From: Candidatus Eiseniibacteriota bacterium | Lineage (GTDB): Bacteria; Eisenbacteria; RBG-16-71-46; CAIMUX01; VGJL01 | Direction of reading: 5' to 3' | Assembly (NCBI GenBank): GCA_041946735.1 | Contig: JBHGAY010000032.1 | Location: 1-53,821, forward strand | DNA: 53,821 bases | Part shown: piece by piece, positions 21,220 through 29,469 of the stretch | How positions within the stretch are numbered: position 1 is the stretch's first letter | Layout of the letters: every line of letters starts with the position of its first letter | Program-made: the position numbers and the translations under genes | The notes under the pieces: generated by a model | Told to the model about the DNA's origin: nothing | Databases searched by the model: none | Seen by the model: the letters and a program-made list of their open reading frames with translations, nothing else

Positions 21220-22195
21220 CTCCGTAGCCGTTCGGATGGCGCTCCATCCACGCGAGCGCAGTGCCGACGATCGCGTCGATCGATGCGTAGCGCGGCACCC
21301 ACCCGAGCTGGGAACGAGCCTTCTCGCTCGACGCCACCAGCCGGGGGGGATCGCCGGGCCGTCGCGGGGAGGCGCTCCACGGCACCTTGCAGCCCGTGAC
21401 CCTCTCGATGGCGGCCACCACCTCGAGAACCGAAAAGCCTTCCCCGTTGCCCAGGTTGAGGATCAGCCGATCGGCATCGCGCAGCCGGTCGAGAGCGCGC
21501 ACATGCGCGTCGGCAAGATCGAGCACGTGGATGTAGTCCCGCACGCAGGTCCCGTCCGGCGTCGGGTAATCGGTGCCGAAGACAGCGAGCGGCGGCCCTG
21601 CCCCGAGCGCGGCCTGCAATGCGAGAGGAATCAGGTGCGTCTCCGGCTCGTGATCCTCGCCCCGCTCCTCGCTGGCTCCCGCCGCGTTGAAGTACCGGAG
21701 CGACCCGAACCGCAGGCCGTGCACCGCCCGGTACCACTCGAGCATCTGCTCGCAGATCCTCTTGCTCTCGCCATAGGGGTTCGTAGGCCGGGTTGGCGCC
21801 TCCTCCGGGATCGGGATCGTCTCGGGATCGCCGTACGTCGCCGCCGAGGAGGAGAAGAGGAAGATCCGGCAATCGTGGGCCACGCAGGCCTCGAGCAGCG
21901 AGAGGATCCCCGCCACGTTGTTGCGGAAGTAGAGCCCCGGATCCCGCATCGACTCGCCCACCTGGCTCGAGGCCGCAAAGTGCAGTACCGCCTCCGGGCG
22001 GTCCCGTCCGAAGATCCGGGAGACCAGGGAGCCGTCGAGCGTGGACCCAACCTCGAGATCGGCCCCCGGGGGCACCGCCCCGCGATGGCCGCGGCTCAGG
22101 TCGTCGAGGATGGTGAGGCGGTCCCCCCGCCCGGCGAGGATCTCGCTCGTGACGCTGCCGATGTAGCCTGCTCCGCCGGTTACGAGGATGCGCAT
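21203..22195 (-). CDS. galE: UDP-glucose 4-epimerase
   Basis: TGGAGYIGS, HFAA, YGESK, LRYFNAAG, DGTCVRDYIHV. Confidence 0.95.
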   Translation of the reverse strand: MRILVTGGAGYIGSVTSEILAGRGDRLTILDDLSRGHRGAVPPGADLEVGSTLDGSLVSRIFGRDRPEAVLHFAASSQVGESMRDPGLYFRNNVAGILSLLEACVAHDCRIFLFSSSAATYGDPETIPIPEEAPTRPTNPYGESKRICEQMLEWYRAVHGLRFGSLRYFNAAGASEERGEDHEPETHLIPLALQAALGAGPPLAVFGTDYPTPDGTCVRDYIHVLDLADAHVRALDRLRDADRLILNLGNGEGFSVLEVVAAIERVTGCKVPWSASPRRPGDPPRLVASSEKARSQLGWVPRYASIDAIVGTALAWMERHPNGYGDAEER

Positions 22196-22276
22196 GGACG
22201 GACATTACCAGACGATTCGGGGCGTCGAAAGGGCGAGCCCGGGGCTACACCGGGCGGATCTCGGAGAGGAAACGGA

Positions 22277-22306
22277 TTGACACCGAAACGGGCAGCGGGG
22301 TAGCTT
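22277..22306 (+). promoter_or_regulatory. sigma70-type promoter upstream of the candidate ncRNA
   Basis: TTGACA (22277-22282)-N18-TAGCTT (22301-22306). Confidence 0.7.
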
Positions 22307-22312
22307 CCTTCG

Positions 22313-22439
22313 CAGCGAAGACGTTCCCTGCCTCTACGATCGTCACTGGCGCACGTAACCTGATTTGAAGAAGCGGGCTATCTTCCTTCAGAGGTTCGGC
22401 GGCCCGGTGATCCGTACGCGGCGGGGAACTCCTTTTTTT
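22313..22439 (+). ncRNA. Candidate stand-alone structured RNA (long bulged hairpin; possibly a compact 6S-like RNA, family unassigned)
   Basis: Nested stems gttccctgcc/ggcggggaac, tacg/cgta, tcactgg/ccggtga, aacct/aggtt, tgaag/cttca; promoter upstream, T7 tract immediately downstream, no ORF. Confidence 0.6.
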
Positions 22440-22536
22440 GCCTCCGCATCTCGGGATGCTTCCGGTTCGGCAGAAGTATGGGGGCCAGGAGTGATCTCTC
22501 GCCGGCCCCCCCCTTGAAGCGTGCTTTCGCCGTCCT

Positions 22537-22809
22537 CTAGAGGGGCGGCAGGGAAGGCGGCATCACCGGGGACTTCTTGCCCCGCTTCTTGGCCGTCTTC
22601 TTCTTGGCGGTCTTCTTCTTCGCCGTCTTCTTCTTCGCGGTCTTCTTCTTCGCAGTCTTCTTCTTCGTAGTCTTCTTCTTGGTCGTCTTCTTCTTCGCAG
22701 TCTTCTTCTTGGTAGTCTTCTTCTTCGCGGTCTTCTTGGCGGTCTTCTTCTTGGCCGTCTTCTTCTTCGCCGTCTTCTTCTTCGCGACCTTCTTCTTCTT
22801 GGCCACCAT
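22537..22809 (-). CDS. Histone H1-like/Hc2-like lysine-rich repeat protein
   Basis: 90 aa, 46 Lys, twelve KKKT[A/T] pentapeptides, no acidic residue; purine-rich GGAAGGGGGTG upstream; variation between units is mostly synonymous. Confidence 0.85.
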   Translation of the reverse strand: MVAKKKKVAKKKTAKKKTAKKKTAKKTAKKKTTKKKTAKKKTTKKKTTKKKTAKKKTAKKKTAKKKTAKKKTAKKRGKKSPVMPPSLPPL

Positions 22810-22836
22810 CGCGAGGTCACCCCCTTCCGTGGGTTC

Positions 22837-23256
22837 CTATGAGGTGCTGCTCTCCGATTGCGTGGTCGGGTCTCCAGCACCACCGGCAAGACCGCGGACC
22901 ACTCCCAACATCCGTTCCAGGTCGAAGGGCTTCCTCATGTAGTGATCGACCGCGAGGGCTCGACAGACCCGTTCGGTGTCGGGACTGTCGAATGCGGTCA
23001 TCACCACCGCACGACCCCGGAATCCCGCGTCTCGTCGTTCCCGAAGGAGATCCAGGCCGGACTTCCCCGGGAGCTTCACGTCCAGAACGAGAAGGTCCAC
23101 ACCCCCCGCCTCCCCAAGCTGCCGCTCGGCGTCCTCGGCGCTGGAAGCAGCCAGCACATCGAAGCCGTCCTCACGTAAAGCGCTGGACAGAGTCCGGAGA
23201 AGCAGCACCTCGTCATCGACGAGAAGGATTCGTGGAGCCAATTCAGGAAGCCTCAT
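22837..23256 (-). CDS. Single-domain response regulator
   Basis: RILLVDDE...LVLDVKLPGKSG...VMTA...MRKPF. Start is ATG 23256 or TTG 23241 (GAGG 9 nt upstream of the TTG). Confidence 0.9.
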   Translation of the reverse strand: MRLPELAPRILLVDDEVLLLRTLSSALREDGFDVLAASSAEDAERQLGEAGGVDLLVLDVKLPGKSGLDLLRERRDAGFRGRAVVMTAFDSPDTERVCRALAVDHYMRKPFDLERMLGVVRGLAGGAGDPTTQSESSTS

Positions 23257-23270
23257 CGCCATCGTCATAT

Positions 23271-23285
23271 ACCAGGACCGTGCCA
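23271..23285 (-). promoter_or_regulatory. Possible sigma54 (-24/-12) promoter
   Basis: TGGCACG-GTCC-TGGT: perfect -24 box, but the -12 box deviates from TTGC (GT instead of GC). Confidence 0.35.
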
Positions 23286-23471
23286 AATTCGTTCACACGA
23301 CGGCTTGGAGCATAAGTGCTTCTATTGCATGGCGTTCAATCCAAGGTGGGGATTTTTGCCCGGACGTGGAAAAGGGCGGCGAGGATGAGGCAAGTGCAAA
23401 GAATTAGGACAGTTACCGCGCACGATCCTCTATGTCATATTGCGCCATATACTTACGGGTACGAATCAGCA

Positions 23472-23507
23472 GTGTCAAATCTCTGGACATGTCCACGAAG
23501 TTGACAC
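23472..23507. promoter_or_regulatory. 36-bp dyad of two abutting TGTC-N9-GACA sites; candidate enhancer (UAS) for a sigma54 activator
   Basis: TGTCaaatctctgGACA (23473-23489) plus TGTCcacgaagttGACA (23490-23506); outer gtgtcaa/ttgacac and a perfect central palindrome tggacatgtcca. Confidence 0.55.
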
Positions 23508-24878
23508 GCGCTCGAGAAGCGCGGACCGCTTGAGCCTCTCGATCAGCCCTTGCCGCGAGAGTCCGAGCACGCGAGCCGCCTGGCTCTTGTTGCCGTTGCA
23601 GTGCTTCAGCACGCGCAGGATGTGCTCGTCCTCGACTTCCTGCAGCGAGCGGAGCGTTTCCTTCTCGTCTGCCGGGCCACGCGCAGGCTGCGTGCCGCGA
23701 ATGCGATCGAGGAACTCGCCCGGAAGGTGCCGCGTCTCGAGCTGATCGCCATCCTCCAGCAGCACGATCCGCTCGAGGAGGTTCCGAAGCTCCCGGACGT
23801 TGCCCGGCCAATGGTGTTGGAGGAACAGCTCCTCGACTTCGGGAGAGAGGCGCTGAAATCCCTTCTTGAATTCGAAGGAGAAGCGCTTGAGGAAGTGCTC
23901 GGCGAGGAGGTTGACGTCGTTGCCGCGTTCCCGAAGCGGGGGCATCTCGATCTGCACCACCTGGAGCCGCCAGAACAGGTCATTGCGGAAGGCGCCGGCC
24001 AGCACGGCCGCCTCGAGGTCGACGTGCGTGGCAGCCACGATGCGGATGTCGACCGAGATGTCGACGTTGCCGCCCACGCGCTTGAACGTCCGGTGCTCGA
24101 TGAACCGGAGCAGCTTCGCCTGCGTCGAGCTGGGGAGCTCTCCGATCTCGTCGAGGAACAACGTCCCTCCATCCGACAGCTCGACGAGCCCACGCTTCAA
24201 TCCGGTGGCCCCCGTGTACGCCCCGCGCTCATGGCCGAAAAGCTCGTTCTCGAGGAGGTTCTCCTGGAGCGTGGAGCAGTTCAGCTCCATGAACGGGGCG
24301 TGCCGCCGCTCGCTCTCGAAGTGCACCGCGCGCGCAGCCAGCTCTTTGCCGGTGCCGCTCTCCCCGAGGACCAGCACGCTCATCGCGTCGGAGCGGGCGA
24401 CCCGGCGGACGAGGTCGATCGTCTGACGGACCTGGGGGCACTCGCCGATCATCTGCTCGCGGGCGTAGCGTCCCTGCTCCCGGCGCCGGTAGACCGTCAG
24501 ATAGCCGTCGCGCTCGATCGTCTTGCGCGCGGTCTGGACGGCGAGGACGACCTCCTCCATGTCGTACGGCTTCTTCAGAAAGTCCTGCGCGCCCTGCTTG
24601 ATGGCGGCGACCGCGGCTCGGGCGTCGGCGTAGGCGGTCAGCACGATCACCTGCGCCGCCGACTCGATCTGCCGGATCTTCGGCAGCAGCTCGAGGCCGT
24701 TGCCGTCGGGCAGCCGCAGATCGAGCAGGACGACGTGGGGGCGGGAGATCTCCACGAGGGAGAGGCACTGCTCCCCCGTTCCCGCGCACTCGACCTGGCA
24801 GCCGCGGTCCTCCAGCACCTGCTTCAGGGAGCGGGTGATGGAGGGTTCGTCGTCAACGATCAGGACCTTGGTCTTCAC
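23475..24878 (-). CDS. sigma54-dependent response regulator (NtrC/AtoC family: REC, AAA+, Fis-HTH)
   Basis: VLIVDDE, GESGTGKE, ELFGHERGAYTGA, LFLDEIGE, WPGNVREL, GNKSQAARVLGLSR. Confidence 0.95.
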   Translation of the reverse strand: MKTKVLIVDDEPSITRSLKQVLEDRGCQVECAGTGEQCLSLVEISRPHVVLLDLRLPDGNGLELLPKIRQIESAAQVIVLTAYADARAAVAAIKQGAQDFLKKPYDMEEVVLAVQTARKTIERDGYLTVYRRREQGRYAREQMIGECPQVRQTIDLVRRVARSDAMSVLVLGESGTGKELAARAVHFESERRHAPFMELNCSTLQENLLENELFGHERGAYTGATGLKRGLVELSDGGTLFLDEIGELPSSTQAKLLRFIEHRTFKRVGGNVDISVDIRIVAATHVDLEAAVLAGAFRNDLFWRLQVVQIEMPPLRERGNDVNLLAEHFLKRFSFEFKKGFQRLSPEVEELFLQHHWPGNVRELRNLLERIVLLEDGDQLETRHLPGEFLDRIRGTQPARGPADEKETLRSLQEVEDEHILRVLKHCNGNKSQAARVLGLSRQGLIERLKRSALLERVSTSWTCPEI

Positions 24879-25959
24879 GAGGGGCCTCCGCGGGAACCGG
24901 GAACGAGAGCCGGAACGTCACTCCTCCCTGCGAGCGGTTCCGCACCGTGATTCTCCCTCCTTGTTCCTGCACCAACTGGAGAGAGATCGCAAGACCCAAT
25001 CCCGTCCCGGACGGCTTCGTGGTGAAGAAAGGATCGAAGATCCGGTCGAGATCCTCTTCGGGGATGCCGCAGCCGGTGTCGCTCGCCGCGATCTCGACCG
25101 CCGTCCGCGAGCGATAGCGGCGGCTGGACGTGACGACCCGGAGGGATCCGCCCTCGGGCATCGACTCGATCGCGTTGCGGATGATGTTGAGCAGGACCTG
25201 GTGCATCGCGTCGGGGTCCATCGGGATTCGGGGAAGCTCGGGGGTCAGGTCCTTTTTCACCTGGATCTCGGAGCTCGCGAGCTGTGCGGAGAGGGTGTCG
25301 AGGACCTTCTCGATCACCTGGTTCACGTCCCCCGGCACGCGCTCGAGCGACTTGGGGCGGGCGAACTGGAGCAGGTCGGTGGTGAACTGCTCGATCCGGT
25401 CCAGCTCCGTGATCACGTCCTCCAACTCCCTCCGGAGCGGATCGGCCATCTTCGACCCGACGAACTGGATCGTCGTGCGCACCCCGGTCAAGGGATTGCG
25501 GATCTCGTGCGCGATCACCGCGGAGAGGTTGCCGATCGAGGCGAAGCGGTCGAGCCGGCGCTGGAACTCCAGCTCCCCGACCGAGTCGGTGATGTCTTCG
25601 AAGGAGAGGATGCCGCCCAGGCCGCTTTCGTCCCTCTGGACCGGAAGCCAGCGCGCTTCGACCGTCAACTCGCGGTCGGCCGTGCAGACGACCATCTCGC
25701 GGCCCAGAGACTCCGCCGTCTCGGGGGGCCAGAGGCCACCGGACCGGGCCGGGAAGCGCACCTGCACGACCTCCCCGATCGGCTTCTCCCGCACCTTCTC
25801 GAGGTTCAGGCCGAGCAGCTCCTGCGCGCGGCGGTTCACGAAGAGGAGCTTGCCGGCGGTGTCGACGGCGAGGATTCCCGAGTCGAGGGCATCGAGGAGC
25901 AGGCGCGGAAACTCGCGCTCGGATTCGAGCAACAGCTGAGGGGTCATCCGGCGGATCAT
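24853..25959 (-). CDS. Cytoplasmic PAS sensor histidine kinase (NtrB/AtoS family)
   Basis: PAS (LDSGILAVD...NRRAQELLG), H-box AHEIRNPL, NIIRNAIES, DTGCGI, PFFTTK..GTGLGL; no TM helix. Confidence 0.93.
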   Translation of the reverse strand: MIRRMTPQLLLESEREFPRLLLDALDSGILAVDTAGKLLFVNRRAQELLGLNLEKVREKPIGEVVQVRFPARSGGLWPPETAESLGREMVVCTADRELTVEARWLPVQRDESGLGGILSFEDITDSVGELEFQRRLDRFASIGNLSAVIAHEIRNPLTGVRTTIQFVGSKMADPLRRELEDVITELDRIEQFTTDLLQFARPKSLERVPGDVNQVIEKVLDTLSAQLASSEIQVKKDLTPELPRIPMDPDAMHQVLLNIIRNAIESMPEGGSLRVVTSSRRYRSRTAVEIAASDTGCGIPEEDLDRIFDPFFTTKPSGTGLGLAISLQLVQEQGGRITVRNRSQGGVTFRLSFPVPAEAPREDQGPDR

Positions 25960-26120
25960 CCTCCGATGCCCGACCCCGCTTCTCTCGATCCGGAGAGAAG
26001 CGCGGATCGCGGCGGATCCGAAACCTCGCCCCCTCGCCCTCGCCCTCCCCTCCCTCGCTCCCGCGGAGCGCGCGTGCTAGTCTCGCGACCGGCGGCGGAA
26101 GAAGCCGAGGAGGTCGACGC

Positions 26121-26690
26121 GTGGAGCCTCTCTGGACACCCTGGCGAATGCCATACATCCAGGGGATCAAGAGCGCAAGCGGATGCGTGTTCTGCGACGA
26201 GGTGCTGGCAGATGGAAAGGAGTCGGACCTCCTCCTGCACCGCGGCCGCTTCGCCTTCGTCGTCCTGAATCTCTATCCCTACACGACCGGTCACCTGATG
26301 GTCGTCCCGTACCGTCACGTCGCGCGATTCCAGGATCTCGAGGCGGCAGAGATCGAAGAATGCGCGGCGCTCCTCGCCGATTGCGAGCGGGCGACGGCGC
26401 GCGCGCTCGGCACGACCCGCCAGACGCTCGGCATCAACGTAGGGCGATGCGCCGGCGCCGGCGTCGAAGGACACCTGCACGTCCACCTCGTCCCGCAGCC
26501 GGCCGGACGCCTTCGGCCGTCTGAACCCTCTCCACCGTCCCCACTCGAGCCGTCCCAACCGCCCGAGCCGTCTCCGCCGCCCGAGCCGTCTCCGCCGCCC
26601 GAGCCGCTCGAGGTGACCCGCGACCGGCTGGCCGGCGCATGGCGCGAGCTCCGCGATCCCGGCACGGCGGCTCACAGATCGAACTCCTGA
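26121..26690 (+). CDS. HIT-family nucleotide hydrolase with Pro-rich insertion
   Basis: LWTPWR..YI, CVFC, NLYPYTTGH, histidine triad HLHVHLVP. Confidence 0.9.
   Translation: MEPLWTPWRMPYIQGIKSASGCVFCDEVLADGKESDLLLHRGRFAFVVLNLYPYTTGHLMVVPYRHVARFQDLEAAEIEECAALLADCERATARALGTTRQTLGINVGRCAGAGVEGHLHVHLVPQPAGRLRPSEPSPPSPLEPSQPPEPSPPPEPSPPPEPLEVTRDRLAGAWRELRDPGTAAHRSNS
26544..26606. repeat. 18-nt tandem repeat x3.5 (PEPSPP) inside the HIT gene
   Basis: cccgagccgtctccgccg at 26562 and 26580, plus degenerate flanking copies. Confidence 0.85.
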
Positions 26691-28066
26691 CCGATCTGCG
26701 GCACCTGCACCTGCCCGAAGCCCCGCTCTCTCAAGCGCCCGGCAAGCGCCTCGCTCTGCTCGGGGGCACCATGGATCACGAAGGTGAGCCGCGGCCGCTC
26801 CCGGATCGCGCCGGCCCATGCGAGGAGCTCCTCCCGGTCGGCGTGCGCGCTGAAGGCGTTCATCACGACGACCTCCGCCTTCCTCTCGAACTCCTCCCCG
26901 AAGATGCGGACCCGCTCGCGCTTCTCGACGAGCCTCTTCCCGAGGGTGTCCTCGGCCTGGAAGCCGACGATCAGGACGAGGTTGGCGGGATCGCCGATGT
27001 TGTTGCGGAGGTGGTGGAGGATGCGGCCGGCTTCGCACATCCCGGAAGGGGAGATCACGATGCAGCTTCCCGGCCGGCCGTTGAGCGCCTTCGACTCCTC
27101 GACGTCGGTGATGTAGCGCACGAGACGGAAGCCGAGAGGATCGCCGTCGTGGCGCAGGCTCGCTCGCGCCTCCCCGTCGTAGCACTCCGGATGCCGGGCG
27201 AAAATCTCCGTGGCGTCGACCGCGAGGGGGCTGTCGACGTAGATCGGGATCGGCGCGATCCGTCCCGCCTCGATCAGCCGCTTCAGGATCCAGACCACCT
27301 CCTGGACCCTGCCGACGGCGAACGCCGGGATCAGGATCTTGCCGCCGCGGGCGCGGACCCGGTCGACCAGCCCGGCGAGCATCTCGGGGATCTCCTCGGG
27401 AGACGGATGGGCCCGGTCGCCGTAGGTGCTCTCGATGATCAGGACGTCGCAGCCTTCGATCGTCGCCGGATCGCGGAGGATCGGCAGGTGCCGGCGCCCG
27501 AGATCGCCGGTGAAGACAACGCGGCGCCGCGTCGCCCCCTCGTGCAGATCCAGGTCGACGATCGCGCTGCCGAGGATATGGCCGGCATCCCGGAACCGCA
27601 CTTCGACGCCGTCCGCCACGCGGAACGGCCGGTCGTAGTCCTCACCTTGGAAGAGAGGCAGGCAGGCGCGCGCCTCCTCCTCGGTGTAGAGCGGCTCCCG
27701 CGGCCGCCCGCCGTGGCGGCGCGCCGCCCGCTTGTTGACGAACTCGACGTCGCGCTCCTGGATGTGCCCGCTGTCGGGGAGCATGACGCTGCACAGATCG
27801 GCGGTGGCCCGGGTCGCGTGGATCGCGCCGGCGAAGCCTCCCTTCGCGAGGACGGGAAGGTTGCCGCTGTGGTCGATGTGGGCGTGGGAGAGGACCACGG
27901 CATCGACGGAGTCCGCCGGGAATGGCAGATCGCGGTTGCGCGCCTCGCTCTCCTCGCGGCGTCCCTGGAACAGGCCGCAGTCGAGAAGGACGCGGCGCCG
28001 GCCGATGCGGAGCAGATGCCGGGATCCCGTCACCGTCCCGACTCCTCCCCAGAAGGAGATCTTCAA
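26672..28066 (-). CDS. MBL-fold beta-CASP ribonuclease (YSH1/TTHA0252-like)
   Basis: VTGSRH, DCGLFQG, SHAHIDHSG, AGHILGS, ESTYG, PAFAVGR, FSAHAD. Confidence 0.93.
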   Translation of the reverse strand: MKISFWGGVGTVTGSRHLLRIGRRRVLLDCGLFQGRREESEARNRDLPFPADSVDAVVLSHAHIDHSGNLPVLAKGGFAGAIHATRATADLCSVMLPDSGHIQERDVEFVNKRAARRHGGRPREPLYTEEEARACLPLFQGEDYDRPFRVADGVEVRFRDAGHILGSAIVDLDLHEGATRRRVVFTGDLGRRHLPILRDPATIEGCDVLIIESTYGDRAHPSPEEIPEMLAGLVDRVRARGGKILIPAFAVGRVQEVVWILKRLIEAGRIAPIPIYVDSPLAVDATEIFARHPECYDGEARASLRHDGDPLGFRLVRYITDVEESKALNGRPGSCIVISPSGMCEAGRILHHLRNNIGDPANLVLIVGFQAEDTLGKRLVEKRERVRIFGEEFERKAEVVVMNAFSAHADREELLAWAGAIRERPRLTFVIHGAPEQSEALAGRLRERGFGQVQVPQIGQEFDL

Positions 28067-28108
28067 TGTGCGGACCTTCCTGTGATCACCGTCGCAAGCA
28101 TCAGGTCA

Positions 28109-28137
28109 TCTATAATGACGGTCCGTACGGGTGTCAA
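28109..28137 (-). promoter_or_regulatory. Possible sigma70 promoter of the beta-CASP gene
   Basis: TTGACA-N17-TATAGA on the minus strand; a TATAAT also lies on the plus strand at 28111. Confidence 0.4.
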
Positions 28138-28332
28138 TCGAATGCGCGATCCGTCGCGCATCTCCTCGCGCTTCTCGACCGTCGTCGGTCGATGGCGACC
28201 CGAGGATCCCGAGCAAGGGACGATCGCGACGGCGATCTCCAGGAGGACGGCGAGGAGGATCGCGAGGAGGACCGCGGCTCGGGCGGCGGCGGGCGGACGC
28301 GAGAGACAGGCATGGCGAGGGAGGGGAGGAGC

Positions 28333-29469
28333 GTGACGGACGATCGAGCGCGGATCGTGTGCGTGGCGGGCGCGCGGCCGAACTTCATGAAGGTGGCGCC
28401 GATTCTCGAGGCGCTGCGCAGCCGGCCGCGTCTCCGCGGCATTCTCGTCCACACGGGGCAGCACTACGACCGGTCGATGTCGGAAGCGTTCTTCCGCGAC
28501 CTGCGCCTCCCGGAGCCCGACCTGCACCTCGGCGTCCCGCCGGAGGACGAGAGCCCGGCGCGATTCCTCGCCCGGGTCATCGAGCGGTTCGACGACGAGC
28601 TGCCGCGCCTCCGTCCTGCCTGCGTGGTCGTCGTCGGGGACGTCAACTCCACCCTCGCCTGCGCCCTGGTGGCGCTGAAGCGCGCCGTCCCGCTCGCGCA
28701 TGTCGAGGCGGGACTGCGCAGCCGCGACTGGACGATGCCGGAGGAGGGCAACCGGGTCTTGACCGACGCAGCCTCCGATCTGCTTTTCACCACCTCCCCC
28801 GACGCCGACGAGAACCTGAGAGCGGAGGGAGTCGCGCCGGAGCGGATCCATCACGTGGGCAACGTGATGATCGATACCCTGCGGCGTTTCGAGGAGCGAT
28901 CGAGGCGCTCGACCGTCCTTGCCGACGCCGGCCTGGAGGAGAGGCGCTTCGCCCTTTTCACCCTCCACCGTCCCTCGAACGTCGACCGCCCGGAAGACCT
29001 CCGCAGGATGGTCGCGATCCTCGAAGGCTCCGCGGCCCGCATCCCGTCGGTGATCCCGCTGCACCCGCGAACGCGCGCCCGCCTCGAGCAGGAGGGGATG
29101 CTCGACCGGCTGCGCTCCGTCGCCGGCCTCCGCATCCGAGAGCCGGAGGGATACCTCGACTTCCTCCGGCTCCTCTCGGCGGCGCGGGTCGTGCTGACCG
29201 ACTCGGGAGGGATCCAGGAGGAGACGACCGTCCTCGGGATCCCCTGCCTGACGCTGCGAGCGAACACGGAGCGGCCGATCACGATCGCGCAGGGGACGAA
29301 CCGGCTGGTCGGCTCCGAGCCGGGGAGGGTGCTGCAAGCGCTCGACGAGGAGCTGGCGCGTCCCGAGGCCGAGCTGGGGGCTCCGCGAATTCCCGATCTG
29401 TGGGATGGACAGGCCGCCGAAAGGATCGCGGCGATCCTGGAGGAGAGGTTCGGGGGCGCGGCGGCGTGA
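28333..29469 (+). CDS. wecB: UDP-N-acetylglucosamine 2-epimerase (non-hydrolysing; WecB/WbpI family)
   Basis: GTG 28333 after GGAGG; GARPNFMK, HTGQHYD, VGDVNST, HVEAGLRS, TDSGGIQEE, TERP. Confidence 0.9.
   Translation: MTDDRARIVCVAGARPNFMKVAPILEALRSRPRLRGILVHTGQHYDRSMSEAFFRDLRLPEPDLHLGVPPEDESPARFLARVIERFDDELPRLRPACVVVVGDVNSTLACALVALKRAVPLAHVEAGLRSRDWTMPEEGNRVLTDAASDLLFTTSPDADENLRAEGVAPERIHHVGNVMIDTLRRFEERSRRSTVLADAGLEERRFALFTLHRPSNVDRPEDLRRMVAILEGSAARIPSVIPLHPRTRARLEQEGMLDRLRSVAGLRIREPEGYLDFLRLLSAARVVLTDSGGIQEETTVLGIPCLTLRANTERPITIAQGTNRLVGSEPGRVLQALDEELARPEAELGAPRIPDLWDGQAAERIAAILEERFGGAAA

Noticed and set aside
22323..22429. Identifying the hairpin RNA as tRNA-Sec (CUUCAAA on the minus strand) or SRP RNA (GAAGGAAG)
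   Set aside because: The flanks of CUUCAAA do not form an anticodon stem and there is no T arm. The SRP CAGG-GNRA-AGCAG arrangement is absent.
22577..22942. 121-aa ORF of FFFAV repeats resembling a membrane peptide
   Set aside because: It is the antisense reading of the KKKTA repeat gene, with a TTG start and no RBS.
23310..23330. IHF site between the dyad and the -24 box
   Set aside because: Only a partial match to WATCAANNNNTTR; AT-richness alone is insufficient.
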